From: an uncultured Clostridia bacterium
Lineage (GTDB): Bacteria > Bacillota > Clostridia > Christensenellales > UBA1242
Length of the DNA stretch: 64,000 bases
Direction: 5' to 3'
Assembly: GCA_934777505.1 (NCBI GenBank)
Contig: CAKVNM010000001.1
Coordinates: forward strand, 28,977 to 92,976
Every line of letters begins with the position of its first letter. The stretch's first letter is position 1. The position numbers were made by a program, and so were the translations under genes. The notes under the pieces were generated by a model. The model ran no database searches and was not told where the DNA came from. It was given only the letters and a program-made list of their open reading frames with translations. This document shows, piece by piece, positions 19,774 to 28,244 of the stretch.

Positions 19774-20259
19774 ATGATAGAATTTACAGGCGAGCAATTA
19801 TCACGCAAGCAACTAAGATTATTCAAAAGAATTGGCAACACGGCACTAAAAATGGCAGGTCAAAAACCACACAAAATTCAAGTGTGTGTAAAATTTGTTT
19901 ATGACGATGAAATGCAGGAACTTAACAAGGAAACTCGTGGAATAGACAGTGCGACCGATGTTTTGTCGTTTCCAAATCTTAACGACCAATTTAACAAAGA
20001 CATCAACGCAAAAACTTTCCCAGATGATGTTAACCCAGAAAACGGCAAAGTTATGCTTGGTGATATTGTAATCAATCTAAATCGTGCCGAAGAACAGGCA
20101 GGAAGTTTTGGCCACAGTTTGACCCGAGAAATCGGCTATTTGCTCGTTCATGGACTTCTACATTTGATGGGCTACGACCATGTTGACGAACTTGATGCAA
20201 AACTCATGTTTGCGCAAACCGAAAGAGTACTTGCAAAATTCAAATTAAAAAGAGCATAA
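19774..20259 (+). CDS. ybeY: rRNA maturation endoribonuclease YbeY
   Basis: Zinc motif HGLLHLMGYDH. Confidence 0.92.
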   Translation: MIEFTGEQLSRKQLRLFKRIGNTALKMAGQKPHKIQVCVKFVYDDEMQELNKETRGIDSATDVLSFPNLNDQFNKDINAKTFPDDVNPENGKVMLGDIVINLNRAEEQAGSFGHSLTREIGYLLVHGLLHLMGYDHVDELDAKLMFAQTERVLAKFKLKRA

Positions 20260-20280
20260 GTGACATTTTGTCACTTTTTT
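20258..20280 (+). terminator. Rho-independent terminator
   Basis: aagtgaca / tgtcactt stem, 3-nt loop, T-run. Confidence 0.7.
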
Positions 20281-20328
20281 GTTGGAAAAATCAGGCCTTT
20301 TGATATATACTACTTCTAGGAGAAAATT

Positions 20329-21219
20329 ATGTTTAAATCAGGATTTGTATCAATTTTAGGACGCCCAAATGTTGGCAAAAGCACACTGCTCAACAAACTT
20401 TTAAAGCAAAAAGTTTCGATAGTTTCGCCAAAGCCACAGACGACCCGAAATAGTATTACAGGCATTTTGAACGGCAAGGATTATCAAATTGTGTTTTTGG
20501 ACACACCGGGTATTCACAAACCAAAAAACAAACTAGACAACTACATGGCAAAAGAAATTGAGCAGTCTTCGCAAGGCGTTGACCTTATTTTATACCTTCT
20601 TGATGCAACCAAGCCATTTTTTGCCGAAGAAATCGAAAATATCACTTACTACGCAAACAGTAATGTGCCACTAATCGTGGTTGTTAACAAAATTGACGAT
20701 GCCGATTATGCAAAACTTTTTCCACAACTTCAAAAACTTAATAGTTTGGAAAAGGTTAAGGAAATTGTGCCAATTTCTGCAAAAACAGGCAAGAACACCG
20801 AAGACCTACTAAGCGTGATTTTAAAATACATAAAAGAAGGCCCTTGCTACTATCCACAAGATATTCCAACCGACAAAAGCGAAATTTTTTTGGCTGGCGA
20901 AATCGTTAGGGAAAAAGCACTTTGGCTTCTAAACGAAGAAATCCCACACGGAATTGCGGTTGTGGTTAATAGTTTTAAACAGCACGAAAATCTTGCCAAG
21001 ATTGACGCAAGCATTGTGTGCGAAAAGGAAAATCATAAAAAAATTATAATCGGTCATGACGGAGCAAAACTAAAAGAGATTGCCGAAAAGTCAAGAGTCG
21101 AAATGGAAAAAATCTTTGGCGAAAAAGTATTCCTTTCGCTTTGGGTAAAAGTCAAAGACAAGTGGAGAGACAACAGTCTTGATGTTGGCAATTTGGGCTA
21201 CGATATAAAAAAATTGTAA
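20329..21219 (+). CDS. era: GTPase Era
   Basis: G1 GRPNVGKST, G3 DTPG, G4 NKID; C-terminal KH domain. Confidence 0.95.
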   Translation: MFKSGFVSILGRPNVGKSTLLNKLLKQKVSIVSPKPQTTRNSITGILNGKDYQIVFLDTPGIHKPKNKLDNYMAKEIEQSSQGVDLILYLLDATKPFFAEEIENITYYANSNVPLIVVVNKIDDADYAKLFPQLQKLNSLEKVKEIVPISAKTGKNTEDLLSVILKYIKEGPCYYPQDIPTDKSEIFLAGEIVREKALWLLNEEIPHGIAVVVNSFKQHENLAKIDASIVCEKENHKKIIIGHDGAKLKEIAEKSRVEMEKIFGEKVFLSLWVKVKDKWRDNSLDVGNLGYDIKKL

Positions 21220-21325
21220 AATCTTAAAAATTTTGCAAATTGGCTTGATTTTAGTAAACTTTTTATAAAAATTTTCGTATAATATTTATGTAATAACAAA
21301 ATCTATTAACATGGAGAATAATATT

Positions 21326-21478
21326 ATGTCATGGTCAAAGAGAACTCAGTCGCTTTGGAAAGCATTTGAAGATGCAGTGCTTTGTCGTGACAAAAAACAG
21401 TTTGAAATTTTTGTCGAATTTATAAAATCTCAGTTGATGGACAAACAAAATCAAGAAGAAAACGAATTAGCATATTAA
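21326..21478 (+). CDS. Small 50-aa protein in the yqzL position between era and recO
   Basis: Below the ORF-track length cutoff; SD GGAGA 9 nt upstream of ATG 21326; stop overlaps the recO start (TAATG); sequence MSWSKRTQSLWKAFEDAVLCRDKKQFEIFVEFIKSQLMDKQNQEENELAY. Confidence 0.55.
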   Translation: MSWSKRTQSLWKAFEDAVLCRDKKQFEIFVEFIKSQLMDKQNQEENELAY

Positions 21479-22206
21479 TGGAAGAATTTTTAACTAAGGC
21501 AATAGTATTGTCCAGCGTTGATTTTAAGGAAAAGGACAAGCAGGTAACATTATTTACACTAGATAGCGGTAAGATTACCGCTGTTTTAAAAGGCTGTAAA
21601 AACCCAAAAGCCAAGTTAAAGTTTGCGTTTAGTCCATTTTGTTTTGCCGAGTTCCAACTTGTGCAAAAAGGCAATTTTAACACTATTATTAATGCCACAT
21701 TAATCGACTCGTTTTTTGACCTTTCCACCAACTATGACAACTATATTTTGGCAAGCGTTATGCTAGAAATCACGCAGAATGTTGTAAAATTCGGCGAGCC
21801 TGATTATCCACTTTTTGTTGCACTGCTTGGAAGCCTTAAATCCATTTGTTATGAACAAAAAAATGCAAAAATTGTGCTGGCAAAATTTTGCTTGCAAACG
21901 CTAGAAAATTTGGGTTATAAACTGCAATTTGACGACTGTTCAAGATGCAATATGCCTTTTATGCACGACAAATTTTTGGATATGTCTAGTGGAGAATTTG
22001 TTTGCCCTAATTGCAAAAATCTTTCTTGCGAAAAGGTCAGCAATCTTGCGTTTAATTCGCTAAAAATTATCAATTCAACGCCCATTGAACGCTTTGAAAC
22101 AATCAAAATTCAACCAGTAGCACTTGACGAAATTTTGAGTTCGCTTTTGACAAATATTGAATGTAGAGTGGAGCGAAAATTGTCGTCAAAAAAAATGATT
22201 TTGTAA
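21478..22206 (+). CDS. recO: DNA repair protein RecO
   Basis: N-terminal OB fold (AIVLSSVDFKEKDKQVTLFT) and zinc motif CSRC...CPNC. Confidence 0.88.
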   Translation: MEEFLTKAIVLSSVDFKEKDKQVTLFTLDSGKITAVLKGCKNPKAKLKFAFSPFCFAEFQLVQKGNFNTIINATLIDSFFDLSTNYDNYILASVMLEITQNVVKFGEPDYPLFVALLGSLKSICYEQKNAKIVLAKFCLQTLENLGYKLQFDDCSRCNMPFMHDKFLDMSSGEFVCPNCKNLSCEKVSNLAFNSLKIINSTPIERFETIKIQPVALDEILSSLLTNIECRVERKLSSKKMIL

Positions 22207-22209
22207 AAG

Positions 22210-22234
22210 TCCTAACTTTGTTAGGATTTTTTTT
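22210..22234 (+). terminator. Rho-independent terminator
   Basis: tcctaac / gttagga stem, 3-nt loop, 8-T run. Confidence 0.8.
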
Positions 22235-22346
22235 ATTAATTTTGATTTTTGCCTATTTTTTGTTTTAGAAAATATGTGGTTATAAAATATAATGATTGCG
22301 TTAAATAGATTATATTTGGCAATAATAACAAAAAGGAGATTACTAA

Positions 22347-24968
22347 ATGAAAAAATATGTCTATATGTTTAGCGAAGGAAATGCTAGTATGAAAAACTTG
22401 CTTGGCGGAAAAGGTGCAAACCTTGCTGAAATGAAAAATCTTGGAATGCCTGTTCCAAGCGGATTTACAGTTTCCACCGAAGCCTGCACAAACTACTACG
22501 AACAAGGCGAAAAAATCAGTGACGAAATCAAGTCGCAAATTTTGGACGCTTTGGCTCAGCAAGAAAAAGAGTCTGGCAAAATTTTTGGAGATAACAAAAA
22601 TCCACTTTTAGTATCCGTTCGCTCGGGTGCAAGAGTTAGTATGCCGGGAATGATGGACACAATCCTTAATCTTGGACTAAACGATGTTACAGTTGAAACA
22701 CTTGCAAAAAATAGTAACAGTCCACGATTTGCCTATGATTGCTATCGCAGATTTATTCAAATGTATGCGGAAGTGGCAATGGGAGTAGACGGCGATTTGT
22801 TTGAACAAATTATCGACTCCGTAAAGCACGCAAACAATGTAAAACTTGATATCGAACTAGATACCGATGCTCTAAAAACAATCGTTTTGAAGTATAAACA
22901 GGCTGTAAAAGACGCTCTTGGACATGATTTTCCACAAGACCCAAGAGAACAACTTTTTGGTGCTGTAAAAGCCGTTTTTGCTAGTTGGGAAAACCCAAGA
23001 GCCGTTGTGTATAGAAAACTCAATCAAATTCCAGCAAGTTGGGGAACAGCCGTTAACATTCAAGAAATGGTATTTGGAAACTTGAACGAAAAATCTGGCA
23101 CAGGTGTTGCTTTCTCTCGTGACCCTTCAAGCGGAAAAGACGAAATCTATGGCGAATTTATGTTCAATGCACAAGGCGAAGATATCGTTGCAGGAATTAG
23201 AACTCCACTTCATATCGAAGAACTCAAAAACATCATGCCAAATATCTATGACGAGTTTGTAAAATATGCTAAAACTTTGGAAAAGCACTACAAAGATATG
23301 CAAGATATGGAATTTACTGTTGAGAACGGAAAACTATATCTTCTTCAAACCAGAAACGGCAAAAGAACTGCTAGTGCAGCCCTTCAAATTGCTGTTGATA
23401 TGGTAAATAGTGGACTAAAAAGCAAAGAAGAAGCCTTGCTTTCGCTCGACCCACGACTACTTGACACAATGCTTCACAAACAATTTGATGTTAACGCTTT
23501 AAAACAAGCAAAAGCAGTTGCAAGTGGCTTGCCAGCAAGTCCGGGTGCTGCTTGTGGAAAATTGGTTCTAAATAGTGATGACGCAAAGAAATCCAAAGAA
23601 CACAAAATAAAAACCGTGCTTGTTAGAGTAGAAACCAGTGCAAAAGATATCGAAGGCATGACATCAAGCGAAGGCATTTTGACCGCTCGTGGCGGAATGA
23701 CATCTCATGCTGCCGTTGTTGCTCGTGGACTTGGTGCTCCTTGCGTTGTTGGTTGCGAAGGATTGGTTGTTAACGAAGAACAAAAATATATAACACTAAA
23801 CGGCGTTAGGGTTAACGAAGGCGAAGTTATCAGTGTTGACGGAGCAACAGGTAATGTGTATGTTGGCGAAATCAAAACTGTTCCAGCAAAACTTAGTGGC
23901 AACTTTGAAACAATCATGAATTGGGCAAAGGAAATCAAAAAAATGGGCGTTAGAGCCAATGCAGACACTCCACAAGACGCAAAAACAGCAATCGAATTTG
24001 GAGCAGAAGGTATTGGACTTGTTAGAACTGAGCATATGTTCTTTAAACCAGACAAAATTTTGGCTGTTAGAGAAATGATTGTTGCAAGAAACAAGGAAGA
24101 AAGACAAAAGGCTCTCGACAAACTTTTGCCAATGCAAATGGAAGATTTTGTTGGAATTTTTAGAGAACTAAAAGGCTTGCCTTGCACAATTAGACTAATC
24201 GACCCACCACTTCACGAATTTTTGCCAAAAGAAGAAAAGGACAAGGAAATTTTGGCAAAAGCAACTGGTCTAAGCATGGCAGAACTCAAAGAAATTATTG
24301 ACGACCTTGCAGAGTTTAACCCAATGATGGGACACCGTGGTTGCAGACTTGCTGTAACATATCCAGAAATTGCAGAAATGCAAACAAAGGCAATCATTTT
24401 GGCAGGCATAAAGGTTAAAAAAGAAGATAACATTGATGTTAAGCCAGAAATCATGATTCCTTTAACTTGCGAAGAAAAAGAATTTGACTATGTTAAGAAT
24501 ATTGCTGTAAAAACAGCAGACAGCGTGCTAAAAGAAGCAGGGCTTCATCTTGACTACAAGATTGGCACTATGATTGAAGTTCCAAGAGCCACAGTGATTG
24601 CCGACAAACTAGCCGAAAGAGCAGAGTTTTTCAGTTTTGGAACAAACGACCTAACACAAATGACTTTTGGATTTAGTAGAGATGACGCAGGAAAGTTTAT
24701 CAACGAATATTATTCAAAAAAATTGCTCGATTACGACCCATTTGTTAGAGTGGACGAAAAGGGCGTTGGCTCACTAATCAAAATGGCAGTTGAAAAGGGT
24801 AGAAGCGTTAAAAAAGATTTGAAAATTGGTGTTTGCGGAGAGCAAGGAAGCAATCCAGAAAGCGTGGAATTTTTCTATAAAAACGGATTATCTTATGTTT
24901 CATGCAGTCCATATAGAATCCCAATGGCAATCTTGTCAAGTGCTATCGCAACAATAAAGAATAAATAA
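22347..24968 (+). CDS. ppdK: Pyruvate, phosphate dikinase
   Basis: 873 aa; ATP-grasp N-terminus GGKGANLAEM; phospho-His motif GGMTSHAAVVARG; PEP-utilising C-terminus FFSFGTNDLTQ. Confidence 0.95.
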   Translation: MKKYVYMFSEGNASMKNLLGGKGANLAEMKNLGMPVPSGFTVSTEACTNYYEQGEKISDEIKSQILDALAQQEKESGKIFGDNKNPLLVSVRSGARVSMPGMMDTILNLGLNDVTVETLAKNSNSPRFAYDCYRRFIQMYAEVAMGVDGDLFEQIIDSVKHANNVKLDIELDTDALKTIVLKYKQAVKDALGHDFPQDPREQLFGAVKAVFASWENPRAVVYRKLNQIPASWGTAVNIQEMVFGNLNEKSGTGVAFSRDPSSGKDEIYGEFMFNAQGEDIVAGIRTPLHIEELKNIMPNIYDEFVKYAKTLEKHYKDMQDMEFTVENGKLYLLQTRNGKRTASAALQIAVDMVNSGLKSKEEALLSLDPRLLDTMLHKQFDVNALKQAKAVASGLPASPGAACGKLVLNSDDAKKSKEHKIKTVLVRVETSAKDIEGMTSSEGILTARGGMTSHAAVVARGLGAPCVVGCEGLVVNEEQKYITLNGVRVNEGEVISVDGATGNVYVGEIKTVPAKLSGNFETIMNWAKEIKKMGVRANADTPQDAKTAIEFGAEGIGLVRTEHMFFKPDKILAVREMIVARNKEERQKALDKLLPMQMEDFVGIFRELKGLPCTIRLIDPPLHEFLPKEEKDKEILAKATGLSMAELKEIIDDLAEFNPMMGHRGCRLAVTYPEIAEMQTKAIILAGIKVKKEDNIDVKPEIMIPLTCEEKEFDYVKNIAVKTADSVLKEAGLHLDYKIGTMIEVPRATVIADKLAERAEFFSFGTNDLTQMTFGFSRDDAGKFINEYYSKKLLDYDPFVRVDEKGVGSLIKMAVEKGRSVKKDLKIGVCGEQGSNPESVEFFYKNGLSYVSCSPYRIPMAILSSAIATIKNK

Positions 24969-24997
24969 AATATCACAAAATTTCATACAATAAAAGT

Positions 24998-25558
24998 ATG
25001 GAAAAACAGAGCGTAAAAAGTGAGAGATTAAAAAAAGTAACTTTGATTTTACTTTTAATCATCTTGCTTTTTGGCGCTCTTTTTTGTGTGTTTAAAATTA
25101 AATATCCCGTGAAGTATAACGATATAATATCAAGCGAGTGCGCTAAGTATGATATTGACAAAATGCTTGTGTTTTCGCTCATCAACGCCGAAAGTGGCTT
25201 TAATCCGTCTGTGGTTAGCAAAAAGGGAGCAATGGGACTTATGCAACTAATGCCACAAACAGCAATATTTGTTGCAACCGAACTTGAAAAAACCAATTTT
25301 AATGCAAACGATTTGTTGCGTCCCGAAACAAACATTGAATTTGGCGTGTTCTATCTAAACTATCTTTTTAACAAATTTGATAGCGTGGAACTAGTGCTTT
25401 GTGCATATAATGCGGGCGAAACGACAGTTAGAAATTGGCTAAGCACAAAAGAATATTCGCTGGACGGACAATCTCTTGACAAAATTCCTTTTGCCGAAAC
25501 AAAAAAATATGTCGACAAAATCAATTCATTTTGCACAGTGTATCAAAAAATATTGTAA
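24998..25558 (+). CDS. Lytic transglycosylase (SLT domain), membrane anchored
   Basis: N-terminal TM; catalytic region INAESGFNPSVVSKKGAMGLMQLMPQTA and AYNAG; TACAAT (24986-24991) lies 6 nt before the ATG with no SD. Confidence 0.8.
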   Translation: MEKQSVKSERLKKVTLILLLIILLFGALFCVFKIKYPVKYNDIISSECAKYDIDKMLVFSLINAESGFNPSVVSKKGAMGLMQLMPQTAIFVATELEKTNFNANDLLRPETNIEFGVFYLNYLFNKFDSVELVLCAYNAGETTVRNWLSTKEYSLDGQSLDKIPFAETKKYVDKINSFCTVYQKIL

Positions 25559-25573
25559 AAAATTTTAAAAATT

Positions 25574-25582
25574 TGATATAAT
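25574..25582 (+). promoter_or_regulatory. Extended -10 promoter placed for a leaderless transcript
   Basis: TGa-TATAAT (25574-25582), 6 nt (ttatct), ATG 25589; no SD. Confidence 0.5.
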
Positions 25583-25588
25583 TTATCT

Positions 25589-26785
25589 ATGAAAACAAAA
25601 TTTGAAAACGCACTAATTTTAACATCTCCAACAGACGATATTTTTCTTGGAGAAATCGTCATTAATGACGGTAAAATTGAATTTATTGGGACAAAGTATC
25701 AAGGCAAAGTTGATAAAGTTTTTGACTGCAAAAAAAATCTGCTAATGGCTGGATTTATCAACTGTCACGCACACAGTGCAATGTCGCTTTTAAAAGGCAT
25801 TAGCGACAGTGATAGTTTGGAAGATTGGCTCAAAAAAGTTAATCCAATTGAAAAAAATTTCACCGAAAAAGATATCTATGACGGCACAGTTTTAGCAATC
25901 AAAGAGTACTTAAAAAACGGCATCACTTGCTTTCAAGACTGCTACTTTTATCCTGACATAATTGCAAAAGCAGTGGAAGATTGTGGCATTAGGGCAGTGA
26001 TAGCACTTTCGCAAAACTATTCCATAGACAAGTTTTTGAGCAAGCAAGAACTAGAAGATTTGTTTTTAAAGTTAAACAAAAAGTCGCCACTTGTTGACTA
26101 TTTGTTTTACTGTCATTCGGTGTATACTTGCAACGAGTCGCAGTTTGCTGATACAATTAGTCTTGCCAGAAAATACGACAAAATAGTAAGTTGTCACATG
26201 AGCGAATCGTTAACTGAAATTGGCGTTTGCACTCAAACTCACAACGGACTCACTCCTGTAATGGTGTTGGAAAGTTTTGGATTTTTTGACGGCAAAAATT
26301 TGGTCGCACATGGTGTTCATTTGCAAAAAGAAGACTATGCTTTGCTGGAAAAATACCATGTAAACATCGTACATAATCCAAGCAGTAATTTAAAACTAGG
26401 TTCTGGAATTGCCAACCTAAAAAGCATGAAAAATCATGGCATAAACATATGCCTTGGAACAGATGGCTCTGCTAGCAACAACAGACTTGATATGTTTAGG
26501 GAGATGTATTTGTCAAGCGTGCTTCAAAAAGCACTTTTGAACGACCCAACTTTGATTAATCCAGAAACAGCACTTGAAATGGCAACCACGAACGGAGCAA
26601 AAGCCCTTTGTAACGACAAGATAGGTTCGTTAAAAGTTGGAAACTATGCCGACATGATTATGATTGATATGCATTCTGTCGACAATCAAGTGTGTAGGGA
26701 CATAAAGAGCAATTTGGTGTATGCTTGCGGGGCAGAAGATGTTTTGATGACTATGGTTAACGGCAAAATTCTGTACGAAAAATAG
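25589..26785 (+). CDS. Amidohydrolase of the ATZ/TRZ family (MtaD-like deaminase)
   Basis: Metal motifs INCHAHSAM (HxH) and LGTDGSASNNRLDMF. Confidence 0.75.
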   Translation: MKTKFENALILTSPTDDIFLGEIVINDGKIEFIGTKYQGKVDKVFDCKKNLLMAGFINCHAHSAMSLLKGISDSDSLEDWLKKVNPIEKNFTEKDIYDGTVLAIKEYLKNGITCFQDCYFYPDIIAKAVEDCGIRAVIALSQNYSIDKFLSKQELEDLFLKLNKKSPLVDYLFYCHSVYTCNESQFADTISLARKYDKIVSCHMSESLTEIGVCTQTHNGLTPVMVLESFGFFDGKNLVAHGVHLQKEDYALLEKYHVNIVHNPSSNLKLGSGIANLKSMKNHGINICLGTDGSASNNRLDMFREMYLSSVLQKALLNDPTLINPETALEMATTNGAKALCNDKIGSLKVGNYADMIMIDMHSVDNQVCRDIKSNLVYACGAEDVLMTMVNGKILYEK

Positions 26786-26848
26786 AATAAAAAAGCAAAG
26801 ATTTTAGAAAAATTAACATAAATGTTAACTTTACAATTTTAAATCAAC

Positions 26849-26880
26849 AAAAACTAGCAAAAATTTTATGCTAGTTTTTT
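26849..26880 (+). terminator. Rho-independent terminator
   Basis: aaaaactagca / tgctagttttt stem, 9-nt loop, T-run. Confidence 0.75.
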
Positions 26881-26907
26881 AAAATTGTTTCCGTTCTAAA
26901 CTTTTCG

Positions 26908-26916
26908 TGTTATAAT
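26908..26916 (+). promoter_or_regulatory. Extended -10 promoter placed for a leaderless mcsA transcript
   Basis: TGt-TATAAT (26908-26916), 6 nt (caaaat), ATG 26923; no SD. Confidence 0.5.
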
Positions 26917-26922
26917 CAAAAT

Positions 26923-27255
26923 ATGGATAATATTAACGATACACTTACAAAATCCTATGTTGAGCCAAAATTCTGTTCCCAGTGTTTTACAACTCTAACC
27001 GAGTTTGTTAACTCTGGATTTGTTGGCTGTCCAAATTGCTACAAGGCTTTTGCAAGCGAAATCAAAGCGTATGTTGACGAAAATCAGTTTGCTCAGTCGC
27101 ACAAAGGCAAGTTGTACATAAAGCCAACGCATGAATCCATTTTGGACAAAATTTCGTACTACGAAAAGCAACTAAAACTTGCTATCGAAGAAGAAAGATT
27201 TGAAGACTGTCGTGCCTTAAAAAACAAAATAATTTCGTTAAAGGAGCAACTATAA
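26923..27255 (+). CDS. mcsA: McsA-like protein (zinc fingers plus UVR domain), activator of protein arginine kinase
   Basis: CSQC...CPNC Cys pairs and a C-terminal UVR-like EEERFEDCRALKNKI; 1-nt overlap (TAATG) with mcsB. Confidence 0.75.
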   Translation: MDNINDTLTKSYVEPKFCSQCFTTLTEFVNSGFVGCPNCYKAFASEIKAYVDENQFAQSHKGKLYIKPTHESILDKISYYEKQLKLAIEEERFEDCRALKNKIISLKEQL

Positions 27256-28235
27256 TGGACGAATTTGATTCAATTATTGTTTCTTCAAGAATAAGGCTTG
27301 CACGAAATTTTAGTGATATTGTGTTTCCAAACAAAATCAAAAAAAGTGCAGATGCTTTGGTGGTTATAAACAGAGTTTTTGGCGTGCTAAAAGACTACGA
27401 AAACTACAAGGTTAAAGACCTTAGTGTCGACACGCTTAGTTCCCTAAAAGAAAAGCACTTAATCAGCGAAGACTTAACAAAAAATCACGAGTTTGGAGCG
27501 TTGTCACTTTCTCATGACGAGCAAATTTGTGTGATGATTAACGAAGAAGAGCATATTCGTGAGCAGTGTATTTTAAAGGGCTTTGACCTTGACGAAGCAC
27601 TTGCTAGACTTAACGAAATTGACGATATATTGCTGGAAAATTTGCCGATTGCGTTTTCAAATTCGTATGGCTTTTTAACAACCTGCCCAAGCAATTTGGG
27701 AACGGGACTAAGGGCGTCTGTTATGCTTTTTTTGCCAGCGTTAACACTTAGCGGAGCAATAAAAAGCCTAATCGAAACGCTTTCCAATGTTGGACTCACT
27801 GTTCGTGGACAGTTTGGAGAAAACACCGAAGCCGATGGCTATCTTTATCAAATTTCCAACTGTCAAACTTTGGGACTAAGTGAACAGCAAATAATCGACA
27901 ATGTTAAGACCGCCGTTATCAAAATTTGTCAAAAGGAACTTGAAGCTCGTTCTCAACTTTTGTCCGCAAATCTTGACGAACTAAAAGACAAAATTTTTAG
28001 GGCTTATGGAGTTTTAAAATATGCTAAAAAAATGAGTAGCACCGAAGCCATAAACTTTTTAAGCCAGTTGAAATTTGGTGTTAGTCTTGGACTGATAGAA
28101 AATGTTGACATCAAAACAATAGACGGACTGCTAGAAGATGTGCTTCCAAGCACGCTCAGAGTGATATATGGCGAAGAAATCAGCGACCAAGAACTCGAAA
28201 AGTATAGATGCAAATATATTCAACAGAAAATTTAA
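27255..28235 (+). CDS. mcsB: Protein arginine kinase McsB (ATP:guanido phosphotransferase)
   Basis: Phosphagen-kinase signature CPSNLGTGLRASV. Confidence 0.9.
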   Translation: MDEFDSIIVSSRIRLARNFSDIVFPNKIKKSADALVVINRVFGVLKDYENYKVKDLSVDTLSSLKEKHLISEDLTKNHEFGALSLSHDEQICVMINEEEHIREQCILKGFDLDEALARLNEIDDILLENLPIAFSNSYGFLTTCPSNLGTGLRASVMLFLPALTLSGAIKSLIETLSNVGLTVRGQFGENTEADGYLYQISNCQTLGLSEQQIIDNVKTAVIKICQKELEARSQLLSANLDELKDKIFRAYGVLKYAKKMSSTEAINFLSQLKFGVSLGLIENVDIKTIDGLLEDVLPSTLRVIYGEEISDQELEKYRCKYIQQKI

Positions 28236-28244
28236 GGAGCATAA

